A DNA stretch of 64,000 bases from Oscillospiraceae bacterium (GCA_015064725.1 SVRQ01000003.1:29372-93371); one strand, 5' to 3'; positions 46,566 to 56,687 are shown, counted from the stretch's first letter. Program-made: numbers and translations. Notes: generated by a model from the letters alone, not told the origin.

Positions 46566-46874
46566 ATGAGTAAAGACACAGCAACAAAAGAAGTAGAAAA
46601 GGTGGAAAAAGGTATGAAAAAATGTATTGAAGGTATGAAAGAAAAGCAGATCGAAGTAAACTTCAAATGCACACAGTACGATGCACTTATGGTAGCCCTC
46701 GGTGCAACGGCAGCTCTTGTGGGCGTTCACATCATTATGAGCGTTCGCAGAAAAGCCAAGATCAAAAAGCAGCTTGCCAAAAAGTACGAAAAGAAATGCG
46801 AAAAAGAAGTTGAAAAAAGAGTAAAAAGAGAAGTTAAAGAGCTTGCAAAAGCCACAGAAGAAGAAGCGAATTGA
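46566..46874 (+). CDS. Small K/E-rich membrane-anchored hypothetical protein
   Basis: One TM (ALMVALGATAALVGVHIIM) flanked by charged K/E repeats. Start at MSKDTATKE preferred over the upstream ATG. Confidence 0.5.
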   Translation: MSKDTATKEVEKVEKGMKKCIEGMKEKQIEVNFKCTQYDALMVALGATAALVGVHIIMSVRRKAKIKKQLAKKYEKKCEKEVEKRVKREVKELAKATEEEAN

Positions 46875-46972
46875 TTCGCTTCTTCTTTCTTTTTTATTCT
46901 CCTATTGAAAAATATGCGTAAATGGTGTATAATAATTCCATATTAAATATTATAAAAAGAGAGGAAATCATT

Positions 46973-47698
46973 TTGAATTTCAACGTCAATAGCTCGTTCC
47001 TTTACATTATCGCGGTCTGCGTGATAATATTCGTGCTTGCACAATCCGTTTTCTTCCTTGTCCGCGCCTACCGCAGAGGAAAAGAGATCGGTATGAGCCC
47101 TGCAAAGCTACGCAAGACGATCTTCTCCACATCCATCTTTACAATAGCCCCCGCCATCTCCATCCTTTTGGGTGTTGTAACGCTTTCCAAGTTTTTGGGT
47201 ATTCCCTTGCCTTGGATAAGAATGAGCGTTATCGGTGCGCTTACTTATGAGCTTCCCGCAGCGGAAAGCGCGGCAAGTGCGCTCGGTGTTTCTATGTCCG
47301 AAACGATAACGGACCCCGCTGTTTATACAACGGTTGCCTGGGTCATGACCATCGGCATAATCCCCAGCATCATCCTTCCGCCCATCCTTATGAAAAAGAT
47401 CAAGGGAGGTATGCTCAAGGTAAAAAGCAAGGACGCAAAATGGGGCGATATCTTTATGACCTCGCTCTTCCTCGGTATGATCTCCGCCTTCCTCGGCGTT
47501 GTTTTTGCTCACGTCAGAGAGGGGCTTGCAGGCTTTATCCCGCTTTTCGTTTTGCTCGTTTCCGCGGCAATTATGGGTATATGCGGTCTGCTTATCAAAA
47601 AGTTCAACCTGAAATGGTTGGAAACGTACGCGCTTTCCATCAGTATGGTCGGTGCGCTCGTTTTCGCCGTTCTTATAACGCCCGTCATCGTGGGTTAA
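46973..47698 (+). CDS. Polytopic membrane protein (DUF5058-like; TTG start)
   Basis: GAGAGGA RBS then TTG. Six or more helices. First gene of a tightly spaced three-gene unit. Confidence 0.6.
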   Translation: MNFNVNSSFLYIIAVCVIIFVLAQSVFFLVRAYRRGKEIGMSPAKLRKTIFSTSIFTIAPAISILLGVVTLSKFLGIPLPWIRMSVIGALTYELPAAESAASALGVSMSETITDPAVYTTVAWVMTIGIIPSIILPPILMKKIKGGMLKVKSKDAKWGDIFMTSLFLGMISAFLGVVFAHVREGLAGFIPLFVLLVSAAIMGICGLLIKKFNLKWLETYALSISMVGALVFAVLITPVIVG

Positions 47699-47710
47699 GG
47701 AGGCAGAAAA

Positions 47711-48364
47711 ATGAATAACTATTTGAAAAAGACCGATATATACGGGAAAATATGGATATGGACAGCGGCTCTCGTTGTAATTATGGTTCCCGTTGCCGTT
47801 TGCGTCGCATATAACGCTTGGCCGCCCATCACAGCGGTGCTCAAAGGACTTCTCGGCGTTGCTCCTATGTTCTGGACCGTCGGAGTTATAGAAGTAATAA
47901 CATACACTCCTATGCTCGGCACGGGCGGAACATACCTTGCCTTCGTTACGGGCAACCTTACAAGCATAAAAGCCCCCGCCGCGCTCAACGCGATGGAAAA
48001 CCTCGGCGTTAAGGCGGACAGCGAGGAGGGCGAGGTAGTTTCCACTATCGCTATTGCGACATCCTCCATCGTAACAACGCTCATAATATTGCTCGGCGTT
48101 TGCCTGCTTGCTGTCATCTCCCCCATTCTCAACTCCCCCGCGCTCCAGCCTGCGTTCGACAACATACTTCCCGCGCTCTTCGGCGGTCTGGGCGTTGTAT
48201 ATATCAGCAAGAATTGGAAGCTTTCCATAGCTCCTCTTGTATTTATGATAGTCCTCTTCCTCCTTGTTCCCTCCCTTGCAGGCTCTGTCGGTGTCCTCGT
48301 TCCCGTCGGAATAATCATCACTCTTGCCGCAGGCAGATTTATGTACAAGAAAGGTTGGCTCTGA
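47711..48364 (+). CDS. Polytopic membrane protein of unknown function
   Basis: 217 aa with six or more helices. 12 nt after the previous gene, and 1 nt before the next. Confidence 0.65.
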   Translation: MNNYLKKTDIYGKIWIWTAALVVIMVPVAVCVAYNAWPPITAVLKGLLGVAPMFWTVGVIEVITYTPMLGTGGTYLAFVTGNLTSIKAPAALNAMENLGVKADSEEGEVVSTIAIATSSIVTTLIILLGVCLLAVISPILNSPALQPAFDNILPALFGGLGVVYISKNWKLSIAPLVFMIVLFLLVPSLAGSVGVLVPVGIIITLAAGRFMYKKGWL

Positions 48365-48365
48365 T

Positions 48366-49799
48366 ATGGTCGGCTTCGTTATACTCGGCGCGCTTGCCGT
48401 TCTTATTGCAGTAGTCCTTATCCGCACGCTTACGTTCAGACCCAAGCCCCTGCCCCCTGTAAAAGAAGAAAATATAGAGCTTGACAGAGAAAAAATCGTT
48501 GCGGATATGGTCGATATGATACGCTGCAAAACGGTTTCAAACCGCGATGACTCTCTTGTTGACCGTGCGGAATTTGAAAAATTTCAAATACTTCTTGAAA
48601 ACCGTTTTCCGCTTATACATAAAAGCTGTACTCTCACAAAGATCGGCAAGACGGGTCTTCTCTACCTTCTCAAGGGAAGATCCTCCGAAAAGCCGTCCGT
48701 TTGTATGGCGCATTATGACGTTGTTCCTGTAAATGAAGAAGGCTGGGACACGCCCGCATTCGAAGGCATCATAGAAAACGAGTGCATAATAGGCAGAGGT
48801 ACGCTTGATACGAAAGGCACGCTCTGCGGCATTATGGAAGCGCTTGAAAAAATGCTCTCTGACGGTTTTGTTCCCGAAAACGACCTTTATCTTTCCTTCT
48901 CCGGCGAGGAGGAGATAGACGGTACTTCCTGCCCCGAAATAGTTTCCTACCTTGAAGAACACGGCGTAAAGCCCGCCATCGTACTTGACGAGGGCGGTGC
49001 CGTTGTCAAAAATATATTTCCCGGTGTCAAAAAAGAATGTGCGCTCATCGGTATTGCGGAAAAAGGCGGCGTAAACCTTAAATTTTCTATGGATTCCGAG
49101 GGTGGACATTCCTCCACACCGCCCGTACATACCATATGCGGAAAGCTTGCCAAGGCCATTTCCAACATTGAATCAAAGCCTTTCAAGAAAAGACTTACAA
49201 AGCCCGCAAAGGAAATGTTCGATACAATGGGCAGAAACGCCACGTTCCCGATGCGAATGGTGCTTGCAAACCTTTGGCTCTTTATGCCCCTGCTCGATCT
49301 TGTCGGCAAAAAAACCGGCGGCGAGCTTAACGCGATGATCCGCACAACGGTAGCTATCACCCGTATGGAGGGCAGCGAAGCTTATAACGTCCTGCCGCCC
49401 AGCGCAAGCTTCGGCGCAAATATGCGCCTTATCAGCGGCGATACGATAGACTCCGCTATGGATTATCTTAAAAAGACCGTGGATAACGACAAAATAAAGA
49501 TAGAACTTGTAAGCGGTATGAACCCCTCCATAAGCTCCGATACCTCCTGCGAGGAATGGGGCAAACTTGAAAAAGCTATCCACGAAACGTGGACGGATGC
49601 GCTCATCTCCCCCTATCTTATGATGGCGTGCAGCGATTCCCGCCATTACTGCAGGATAACGGACAGAGTTTACCGTTTCTCCGCGATGCGCCTTTCCAAG
49701 GAGGAGCGCGCTATGATACACGGAAACAACGAGCGTATTCCAATAGAAACGCTGCTAAAGACAGTGGAATTTTACGTTAGATTTTTAAAGCTGCTTTAA
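48366..49799 (+). CDS. M20-family metallopeptidase with N-terminal TM anchor
   Basis: MVGFVILGALAVLIAVVLI anchor. CMAHYDVVPV, GRGTLDTKG, and FSGEEEIDG metal-ligand contexts. Confidence 0.8.
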   Translation: MVGFVILGALAVLIAVVLIRTLTFRPKPLPPVKEENIELDREKIVADMVDMIRCKTVSNRDDSLVDRAEFEKFQILLENRFPLIHKSCTLTKIGKTGLLYLLKGRSSEKPSVCMAHYDVVPVNEEGWDTPAFEGIIENECIIGRGTLDTKGTLCGIMEALEKMLSDGFVPENDLYLSFSGEEEIDGTSCPEIVSYLEEHGVKPAIVLDEGGAVVKNIFPGVKKECALIGIAEKGGVNLKFSMDSEGGHSSTPPVHTICGKLAKAISNIESKPFKKRLTKPAKEMFDTMGRNATFPMRMVLANLWLFMPLLDLVGKKTGGELNAMIRTTVAITRMEGSEAYNVLPPSASFGANMRLISGDTIDSAMDYLKKTVDNDKIKIELVSGMNPSISSDTSCEEWGKLEKAIHETWTDALISPYLMMACSDSRHYCRITDRVYRFSAMRLSKEERAMIHGNNERIPIETLLKTVEFYVRFLKLL

Positions 49800-49804
49800 A
49801 AGCA

Positions 49805-49838
49805 AAAACGCCATCCCAAGGTGGCGTTTTTACTTTTA
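49805..49838 (+). terminator. Rho-independent terminator
   Basis: aaacgccatc-ccaa-ggtggcgttt followed by ttacttttac. Confidence 0.75.
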
Positions 49839-49904
49839 CTATTGATTTTCCTGCGCTCGATATGTATAATAAAATATATACTATAATTAAAAGGAAGATC
49901 TTTT

Positions 49905-50606
49905 ATGTGGAACGGAAAGAAAAAAGCCATAACCTTCAGCTATGACGACGGTATCTCCCAAGATATACGCCTTGTAGAGCTTTTTAACAAATACGGTCTT
50001 AAAGCAACCTTTAATATAAATTCGGAGCTTCTGGGAAAACCGGGCAAGCTCATCCGCAACGGCGTGGAGGTGCGCCACGATAAGATAGCACCCGAAAGAG
50101 TAGCAACGATATATGCCGGCCACGAGGTCGCGGCGCATACGCTCACGCACCCGTTTCTCCCTCGCACGGCAGATGCAGAGGTAATCCGCCAAGTAGAGGA
50201 AGACAGAAAAAATCTTTCCGCGCTCTGCGGATACGAGGTGGTCGGTATGGCATATCCCGGCGGCGGCCCCGGCGGAAACCACGATGCGCGCGTAGAAAAG
50301 CTCATCCGTGAAAACACCGGCATAAAATACGCACGCGGCGTTGAAACGAACGCAAGCTTCGCACCGCAAAAGGACCTTATTGCATTCGTTCCCACGGTCT
50401 ATCACCTCGATACGGACAAAATGTTCGCCCTTGCAAAAGAATTTTTGGAAAGCGCTCCAAGCACCCCGGCACTCTTCTATATCTGGGGTCACTCCTATGA
50501 GTTCGATGCGTGGAACTATTGGGAACGCTTTGAAGAATTTTGCCGCCTCGTTTCCGGCAAGGAGGACGTATTCTACTGCACCAACCGCGAGGCTTTTGGT
50601 CTTTGA
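49905..50606 (+). CDS. Polysaccharide deacetylase (CE4) family protein
   Basis: ITFSYDDG (TFDDG-type motif 1) and HEVAAHTLTHP (His-His motif 2). Confidence 0.8.
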   Translation: MWNGKKKAITFSYDDGISQDIRLVELFNKYGLKATFNINSELLGKPGKLIRNGVEVRHDKIAPERVATIYAGHEVAAHTLTHPFLPRTADAEVIRQVEEDRKNLSALCGYEVVGMAYPGGGPGGNHDARVEKLIRENTGIKYARGVETNASFAPQKDLIAFVPTVYHLDTDKMFALAKEFLESAPSTPALFYIWGHSYEFDAWNYWERFEEFCRLVSGKEDVFYCTNREAFGL

Positions 50607-50713
50607 TATCTTGCAAAACGCACTTTTTTTCAAAATATATTGCCTAATTTCGTTTTACGTGGTATAATTACCTTGGCGTACGCCAAATTGTACAAAAAAC
50701 GGGAGAAGCATAA

Positions 50714-51367
50714 ATGAAAACAGTCATCTTTGATATGGACGGATTGCTCGTAGATTCCGAAGTCCGCGCTATAAAAGCCTGGCGCGAGGTCGCAAATGAA
50801 TACGGTATTCCCGATATCGAAGCCTTGTTCCCCTATATGATGGGCACAAACCCCGAAACACGCAGAGTAATTTTTGAAAAGCATTACGGCACAGCTTATA
50901 ACTTCCCCGAATGCAACGAAAAGGTGCGTGACCTTGCCCACAAATACGAGGAAGAAGAACCCATCCCCCTTAAAAAGGGTGCAAAAGAGCTGCTTTCATT
51001 TCTCAGCGAAAACGGGTATAAGATCGGTCTTGCTTCCTCCGGCAAGAGGGAAACGATAGAACGCAGAATGAAAGGCCACGGTCTTTGGCAATATTTCGAC
51101 GTTGTCATCTCCGGCGAGATGGTAAAGATCAGCAAGCCGGACCCCGAAATATTCCTCCTCTGCGCCGAAAAGCTCGGCGTTTCCCCGTCCGATTCCACGG
51201 TACTTGAGGATTCCCCAAACGGCATCACCGCCGCAAAAGCCGCAGGTATGCGTCCCGTTATGGTTCCCGACCTCTATATGCCCGAAAAAAATATCGCAGA
51301 AATGGCATATGCGGTATATGACTCTCTCTTGGAGGTAAAGACCGCTTTTGAAAACGGCAACCTTTAA
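50714..51367 (+). CDS. HAD-family hydrolase (beta-phosphoglucomutase-like subfamily IA)
   Basis: VIFDMDGLLVDSE motif I, LASSG motif II, and EDSPNGITAAKAAGM motif III/IV. Confidence 0.85.
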   Translation: MKTVIFDMDGLLVDSEVRAIKAWREVANEYGIPDIEALFPYMMGTNPETRRVIFEKHYGTAYNFPECNEKVRDLAHKYEEEEPIPLKKGAKELLSFLSENGYKIGLASSGKRETIERRMKGHGLWQYFDVVISGEMVKISKPDPEIFLLCAEKLGVSPSDSTVLEDSPNGITAAKAAGMRPVMVPDLYMPEKNIAEMAYAVYDSLLEVKTAFENGNL

Positions 51368-51430
51368 TATAGTTTTTTACTGTTCGACAGCAAAAATAAA
51401 TTCACCAGCAAACTGAAAGGAAATTTTAAG

Positions 51431-52711
51431 ATGGAAATTAGCGGAAAGAGAATGTATTCTCTCTTGAAAAAACTCAACTTTGTACGTCTTTCCACAACGG
51501 AAGGGGAAAAACGTGCGGCTGCCATTATCGCAGACGAAGTAAGAGAAGCAGGAATAGAGCCCAAGATCGAAACGTTTATGGCTCCTCGCTACGAAATCAA
51601 AAAAGTTAAATTCGAGGTAACGGAGCCTGAGGCACGCGAATATGAGGTTTCCGGCTACGGCTTCTCCGGCAATGCCGCAAAGGACGGCATCGAAGCCGAA
51701 TTTTACTACCTTGAATCTTTCGATGAAATGTGCCTTGAAGGCGCAAAAGGCAAGATAGTTTTTGTAGCCGGCGGCGTTAACGTTGAAAACTACAAAAAGC
51801 TTGTTAAAGCAGGCGCGCTCGCTTTCGTTGCGACCTGCGGCACTTGGACGGACAAAAAGAGCGAAACAGACCTTGATGAGCGTATGCTCCGCCCCATTCA
51901 TACGGACGAGGGCGTTATCCCCGGCGTATGCATGAGGATAGCGGACGGTCTTCGCCTTGTAGCATCCAAGCCGAAAAAAGTAAAGCTCACGCTCGAACAG
52001 GAAGAAGGCGAAGCCGAATCCCAGAACATAGTTGCGGAAATTCCCGGCACAAAGTTCCCCGAGGAGGTCATCGTTTACACAGCTCACTATGACTCCGTTG
52101 TTTTCAGCCCCGGTATGTTCGATAACGCTTCCGGCTCTGCAACGATACTCGAGCTTCTTCGTTACTTTGCAAAGAATCCCCCCTTGCGCACACTCAAATT
52201 CATTTTCTGCGGTTCCGAGGAAAGAGGCCTTCTTGGCAGTAAGGCTTACGTTGCAGACCACAAGGACGAGCTTGCAAACTACAGACTCTGTGTAAACGTG
52301 GATATGACAGGTCCGCTTCTCGGCTTTGACTGCGTAAGAGTTATGGGCGATGCGTCCCTTTGCTATGCCCTTGAGTTTATGAAAAAAGAAATAGGCTATG
52401 CAACGGAAATCAAACAGGATATCTACTCCTCCGATGCCATCCCCTTTGCCGATAACGGCATTCCCGGCGTAAACTTCATCCGTACAGCGGCTGACGGCAC
52501 AACGAGAGTTCATACAAGATATGACGTTATCACTCAGGTCGATCCCGCAAAAATGGCAAGAACCGCGGCATTCGCTCTTGAATTTTCCAAGAGAACGGTC
52601 AACGCGGCATACTTCCCCGTTGAACGTAAGCTCCCCGCGGAAATAACCGAAAGAGTTGAAATATACCTTCGCAAAAAGAAACCCGAGCATAAGGAAAAAA
52701 GTTTTAAATAA
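51431..52711 (+). CDS. M28-family aminopeptidase
   Basis: YTAHYDSV and FCGSEERGLLGSKAYV zinc-ligand contexts, plus DAIPFADNGIPG. Confidence 0.8.
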   Translation: MEISGKRMYSLLKKLNFVRLSTTEGEKRAAAIIADEVREAGIEPKIETFMAPRYEIKKVKFEVTEPEAREYEVSGYGFSGNAAKDGIEAEFYYLESFDEMCLEGAKGKIVFVAGGVNVENYKKLVKAGALAFVATCGTWTDKKSETDLDERMLRPIHTDEGVIPGVCMRIADGLRLVASKPKKVKLTLEQEEGEAESQNIVAEIPGTKFPEEVIVYTAHYDSVVFSPGMFDNASGSATILELLRYFAKNPPLRTLKFIFCGSEERGLLGSKAYVADHKDELANYRLCVNVDMTGPLLGFDCVRVMGDASLCYALEFMKKEIGYATEIKQDIYSSDAIPFADNGIPGVNFIRTAADGTTRVHTRYDVITQVDPAKMARTAAFALEFSKRTVNAAYFPVERKLPAEITERVEIYLRKKKPEHKEKSFK

Positions 52712-52731
52712 TCTAACATAGAAGTTTTAAT

Positions 52732-52759
52732 AAAGACCGCTTGCGCGGTCTTTATTTTT
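52732..52759 (+). terminator. Rho-independent terminator
   Basis: aaagaccgc-ttgc-gcggtcttt followed by atttttc. Confidence 0.8.
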
Positions 52760-52903
52760 CTTCCATATATTATATATACAAACATTGTCGAAAATTCGCG
52801 CCATATAAATTTTCACTTTTTGGTTTTTTCTGTATAAACGCGCTAAAAGCGGCGAAAATATATGTAGCTTCACATAGCCGTAAGGCAGAAAGGAATTACA
52901 AAT

Positions 52904-53590
52904 ATGAATATGAACCAGAAAAAACAGAAACTCAACAAAGGCATCGGCATTGCCGTGGCTATCCTGCTCGCGCTCACGCTCTTCGTAACGATCATAGCGT
53001 TCTCCGTAAGCAAGCGAACGAAAGACCCCGCAAACACAACGGGCAGCACGAGCACGACAAAAAACTCCTCCGCAACGCAGGCGTCAACGGATGCAACGTC
53101 AAGCACGTCGGAATCCCCCTCCACACAAACGGGTATTGAAAAGCTTTCCTTCGTTTGCCCCGTAAGCGGTACTCTTATCAAGGATTATTCCGCAGATATC
53201 CCCGTTTTCTCCCTCACGATGGAGGATTACCGCGTTCATTGCGGCGTGGACATTTCGGCTGATGCAGGCACAAACGTTTTGGCGGCGGCAATCGGAACTA
53301 TCTCCAAGGTTGAATTCGATCCCCTTATGGGACAGACGGTGGAAATAACACACAGCGAAGGCTGCGTCACTATCTACAGAAACCTTCAGACGAAAATGCC
53401 GGAAGGTATTGAAGTCGGCGCAAGCGTTGATGCAGGCGACATCATCGGCTACGTTGGCGATACCGCACTTATCGAGATCTCCGATTCTCCTCACCTCCAC
53501 CTCGAAATGAAAAAAGACGGGGAATCCGTCAACCCGCTTTCCTTTATCAAGTTTGAAAGCGTGGACAGCAGCACAGATTACGAGGATTGA
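52904..53590 (+). CDS. M23/LytM-family peptidase with N-terminal membrane anchor
   Basis: TM IGIAVAILLALTLFVTIIAF, S/T-rich linker, VHCGVDI (HxxxD) and SPHLHLE (HxH). Confidence 0.85.
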   Translation: MNMNQKKQKLNKGIGIAVAILLALTLFVTIIAFSVSKRTKDPANTTGSTSTTKNSSATQASTDATSSTSESPSTQTGIEKLSFVCPVSGTLIKDYSADIPVFSLTMEDYRVHCGVDISADAGTNVLAAAIGTISKVEFDPLMGQTVEITHSEGCVTIYRNLQTKMPEGIEVGASVDAGDIIGYVGDTALIEISDSPHLHLEMKKDGESVNPLSFIKFESVDSSTDYED

Positions 53591-53614
53591 GCCTTTTTAT
53601 AAACTCCGTTTTCT

Positions 53615-53655
53615 ATCCGAGAGGGCTTTTGCCCCCTCGGATATGTCATTTTTTG
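53615..53655 (+). terminator. Probable terminator of the M23 gene
   Basis: atccgagaggg-cttttg-ccccctcggat (one mismatch), with the T6 run 6 nt downstream. Confidence 0.5.
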
Positions 53656-53756
53656 TCGAAAAATCGGGCGTTTTTATTCCCGTGTAAACGCCGCCAAAAT
53701 ATGGGTTTTGTAACAAAACTGTAATATTTTTTTTGGTGTAAGTTAACGAAAATCTA

Positions 53757-53785
53757 TTGACAAATTGAACTAACGGTGATATTAT
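53757..53785 (+). promoter_or_regulatory. Strong SigA promoter with extended -10
   Basis: TTGACA - 17 nt (ending tga) - TATTAT. Confidence 0.65.
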
Positions 53786-53879
53786 ATTAGTAAACACGGT
53801 GCGAGGTATTAGTTCGGACAATATCTTGTACGGTAAATTTCTTTCAAAAAAATTAAAAAATTTAAAGGAGATTTTTCTT

Positions 53880-54878
53880 ATGAAGAAGAAAATTTTGTCC
53901 CTCTTCCTCTCTGTAGCCTTGCTCGTGGCAGCTTGCTCTGTTATGGCAGCTTGCGGTGAAGAAGAAACAACAGAAGCTACTGTAACAACAGAAGCTACAA
54001 CAACTACAGAAGCAACAACAACACAGGCAACAACAACACAGGCACCCGTTGTAACAACAACAACACAGAAAGTTGAAACAACAACAACTCTCGCTCCCGT
54101 TACAACAACAACAACAGCAAAAGTTGAAACAACAACAACAGCTGAAACAACAACAGTTACAACTGTTCCCGCTGAAACAACACAGATCGCTCTCAACAAC
54201 GTTCTCGACTTCAACAACGGCGAATCTTGCATCGCTCTTCTCAACAAAGCTACATACAACAAAGACGTAGTTGCTGTTGAAGCAGAAAAAGACGGTATCG
54301 TTATCTACGCTAAGAACAACTATGACAGCAGCAACAACGTTGCTAAAGAATCCGATTTCGAAGTAACATTCGACGTTTCCGACACAACAATCAAGTCCGG
54401 TTACGGTACATACGCTGGTCGTCCCTGGTACGTTACAGACACAGGTTCTGTATGGAACGGTACACACCAGTACATGGCAATCAGCTTCAAGCCCGCTGAA
54501 GTAGAAACTCTCACATCTGCTCAGAGACTCTACATGGTTCTCACATTCACATTTGAAGACGGCAAGTCCGTTACACTCTACAAGAGATACGATAACCTCG
54601 CAGCTGATGCTGAAGGCAACATCGTTATGACTCTCGACCTCGTAAAAGAGTTTGCTGCTACAAATGGTCTTACAACAGACAAGATGCCTACATCCTCTTG
54701 GGGCGATGTTAAGACAGTTAAGTCCGTTACAATCAACCCCCTCGGCGCAGGCTACGCTTGGTCCACAACTGCAGCTAACCTCTACGTTCCCACAGCAGGC
54801 GACAACATCACAATCAACCACATCGTATTCTCCGCTGACTTCGATGCAGCTGTTAAATACGGCACAGACGCTGAATAA
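53880..54878 (+). CDS. Lipoprotein with Thr-rich linker and unknown C-terminal domain
   Basis: MKKKILSLFLSVALLVAACSVMAACG lipobox, about 75 aa of T/E/A/V low complexity, then a beta-rich domain. Highly biased codon usage. Confidence 0.8.
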   Translation: MKKKILSLFLSVALLVAACSVMAACGEEETTEATVTTEATTTTEATTTQATTTQAPVVTTTTQKVETTTTLAPVTTTTTAKVETTTTAETTTVTTVPAETTQIALNNVLDFNNGESCIALLNKATYNKDVVAVEAEKDGIVIYAKNNYDSSNNVAKESDFEVTFDVSDTTIKSGYGTYAGRPWYVTDTGSVWNGTHQYMAISFKPAEVETLTSAQRLYMVLTFTFEDGKSVTLYKRYDNLAADAEGNIVMTLDLVKEFAATNGLTTDKMPTSSWGDVKTVKSVTINPLGAGYAWSTTAANLYVPTAGDNITINHIVFSADFDAAVKYGTDAE

Positions 54879-54891
54879 TTTCAGTTAAATC

Positions 54892-54923
54892 AAGAGGACG
54901 TCAAAAGACGTCCTCTTTTTTTA
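54892..54923 (+). terminator. Rho-independent terminator
   Basis: gaggacgtc-aaaa-gacgtcctc followed by ttttttt. Confidence 0.9.
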
Positions 54924-55063
54924 TGCAATAGGAAATCGCGCCGAAACGTTGCAAGTGTAATTTTCTATTATGCAAAAAAAGACCCCAAGATCCGCTATAT
55001 ATTTTCAACAAACAAAAGGAAGATATTTTTACACATTTTTATTGTGCAAATATCATATATTTG

Positions 55064-55092
55064 TTGACAAAATCAAACCAAAATGCTATAAT
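55064..55092 (+). promoter_or_regulatory. Consensus SigA promoter with extended -10
   Basis: TTGACA - 17 nt (ending tgc) - TATAAT. Confidence 0.7.
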
Positions 55093-55163
55093 AAATGCAG
55101 ATATATTTGCTCCCTTTCTCGCGGCGCAATATAAAAAAATTTAATAAAAGGAGATTTATCCCT

Positions 55164-56675
55164 ATGAAAAGAGTATTGTCAATAGTATTGGCACTTATGC
55201 TCCTCTGTGGTGTATTCGCTCTTGCTTCTTGCGGCGACAGCGGTTCTACACAGACATCAAGCACAACCGATAACCTCGGTCCCGGCGAAGGCACAGAACC
55301 TACAACAGTCCAGACAGAAATGCCTGCACCCGGCGAAGACGACGAATACGGTTTGAAACCCCTCGCCGGTTACGAAAACGTAAACTTCGGCGGCAAGATC
55401 TTCACTTTCGAAGCTGTTCTTGACAACGCTGACTGGAACTGCTATGAAATCGCAGTTGCAGACGAAGATGCTTCTGACTCCCTCTCCATGGCTATCATCA
55501 GAAGAAACGACACAATGATGGAACTTTACAACTGCGGTATCGAGCAGGTTGCAAGCTCCGAAGGCATTCTTGCAAATGACTTTGCTACAGAACAGTGCCA
55601 CATTGACATCGCTGCTACACACTACAACCTTCTTGGCAAAGGCAACGGTAACTACTACAACTTCAATGACCTCGTTAACCTCAAGAATCCTTGGTGGGAC
55701 CAGGGCTTCGTTAACGACGTAATGGTTGACGGTTTCCTCTACACAATTATCGGTGACTTCTCCCTCACATCTTTCGATGCTACTTGGGTTATGTTCTACA
55801 ACAAAGAAGTTCTCGACCAGAACGAAAAGCTCCGTGGTACAGACCTCTACGCTCTCGTTGAAAACGGCGAATGGACTATCGACAAGTTCACAGAACTCGT
55901 TCAGAAAGCTAAACAGGACGATGGTGACCAGGTTATGGCAACAGGCACAGCCGACATCTACGGTCTTGTTACTTCCACATTCGGTATCCGTGGTCTTTAC
56001 TTCGGCGCAGGCGCAAGCTACGTTACAAAGTCTGAAGACGCTGCCGGTAACACAACATTCACACACGGCTTCAACGACAACGCTTCTCTCGTAGCTCAGG
56101 CTGTTATCGACATCTATGCTGACGATGCAGTTACAATCGCAGGTTACACAACAGTTGGTTCTCAGCTCACAAACGGTCTTACACTCTTCGCTCCCGAAAC
56201 ACTCGACAAAGCAAGAAACTGGTCCGATGCAGGTCTTAAGAACTTCGGTATCGTTCCTCACCCCGTTTACAGCGCAGAACAGCTTGCTACAGTTGGTTAC
56301 AAGCACAACGTTGACAACCACCTTATCTACTACGTAGTTCCCACAACTCTTAACTACGACCTTTCCATCATCTCCAACTTCCTCGAACTTTGGGGCTTCC
56401 ACTCCAGATACATTGTTTACCCCGAATTCCTTAACCTCTACAAGTACAACTGGACAAACTCCGAAGAAGATGCTGAAATGATCGACATCATCATGAACTC
56501 CAGAACATTTGACCTTGGCTACCAGGGCAACTGGGGCGGCGTTGACTCCGAACTTATCTCCGGCGTTCAGGGCGGCACAAACATCGTTTCTCAGATCGGT
56601 GCTGAACTTGGCGGCGTTGTAGAAGAAAGAGCTGAACAGTACAAGCAGACTCTTAAGGAAAACGCTAAAGCGTAA
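55164..56675 (+). CDS. Large lipoprotein, probably an extracellular solute-binding protein (orphan, no adjacent permease genes)
   Basis: MKRVLSIVLALMLLCGVFALASCG lipobox. About 500-aa alpha/beta protein with SBP-like composition. Assignment of the SBP family is tentative. Confidence 0.7.
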   Translation: MKRVLSIVLALMLLCGVFALASCGDSGSTQTSSTTDNLGPGEGTEPTTVQTEMPAPGEDDEYGLKPLAGYENVNFGGKIFTFEAVLDNADWNCYEIAVADEDASDSLSMAIIRRNDTMMELYNCGIEQVASSEGILANDFATEQCHIDIAATHYNLLGKGNGNYYNFNDLVNLKNPWWDQGFVNDVMVDGFLYTIIGDFSLTSFDATWVMFYNKEVLDQNEKLRGTDLYALVENGEWTIDKFTELVQKAKQDDGDQVMATGTADIYGLVTSTFGIRGLYFGAGASYVTKSEDAAGNTTFTHGFNDNASLVAQAVIDIYADDAVTIAGYTTVGSQLTNGLTLFAPETLDKARNWSDAGLKNFGIVPHPVYSAEQLATVGYKHNVDNHLIYYVVPTTLNYDLSIISNFLELWGFHSRYIVYPEFLNLYKYNWTNSEEDAEMIDIIMNSRTFDLGYQGNWGGVDSELISGVQGGTNIVSQIGAELGGVVEERAEQYKQTLKENAKA

Positions 56676-56687
56676 TCATTTATAACA

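Noticed and set aside
47108-48529. 473-aa minus-strand ORF opposite the DUF5058/membrane/M20 genes
   Set aside because: It spans three plus-strand genes and is R/G/D-rich, hydrophilic nonsense. The plus-strand ORFs have coherent TM helices and RBSs.
51377-52690. 437-aa minus-strand ORF opposite the M28 peptidase gene
   Set aside because: Shadow ORF. The plus frame has M28 zinc-ligand motifs.
53950-54180. acaaca-rich apparent DNA repeat
   Set aside because: It is in-frame coding low complexity (the Thr-rich linker of the lipoprotein), not a non-coding tandem repeat.
53862-54821. 319-aa Cys-rich minus-strand ORF, and the 381-aa ORF at 55257-56402
   Set aside because: Both are antisense to lipoprotein genes that have lipoboxes, promoters and terminators. 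The Cys runs are the reverse translation of ACA/ACAACA Thr codons.
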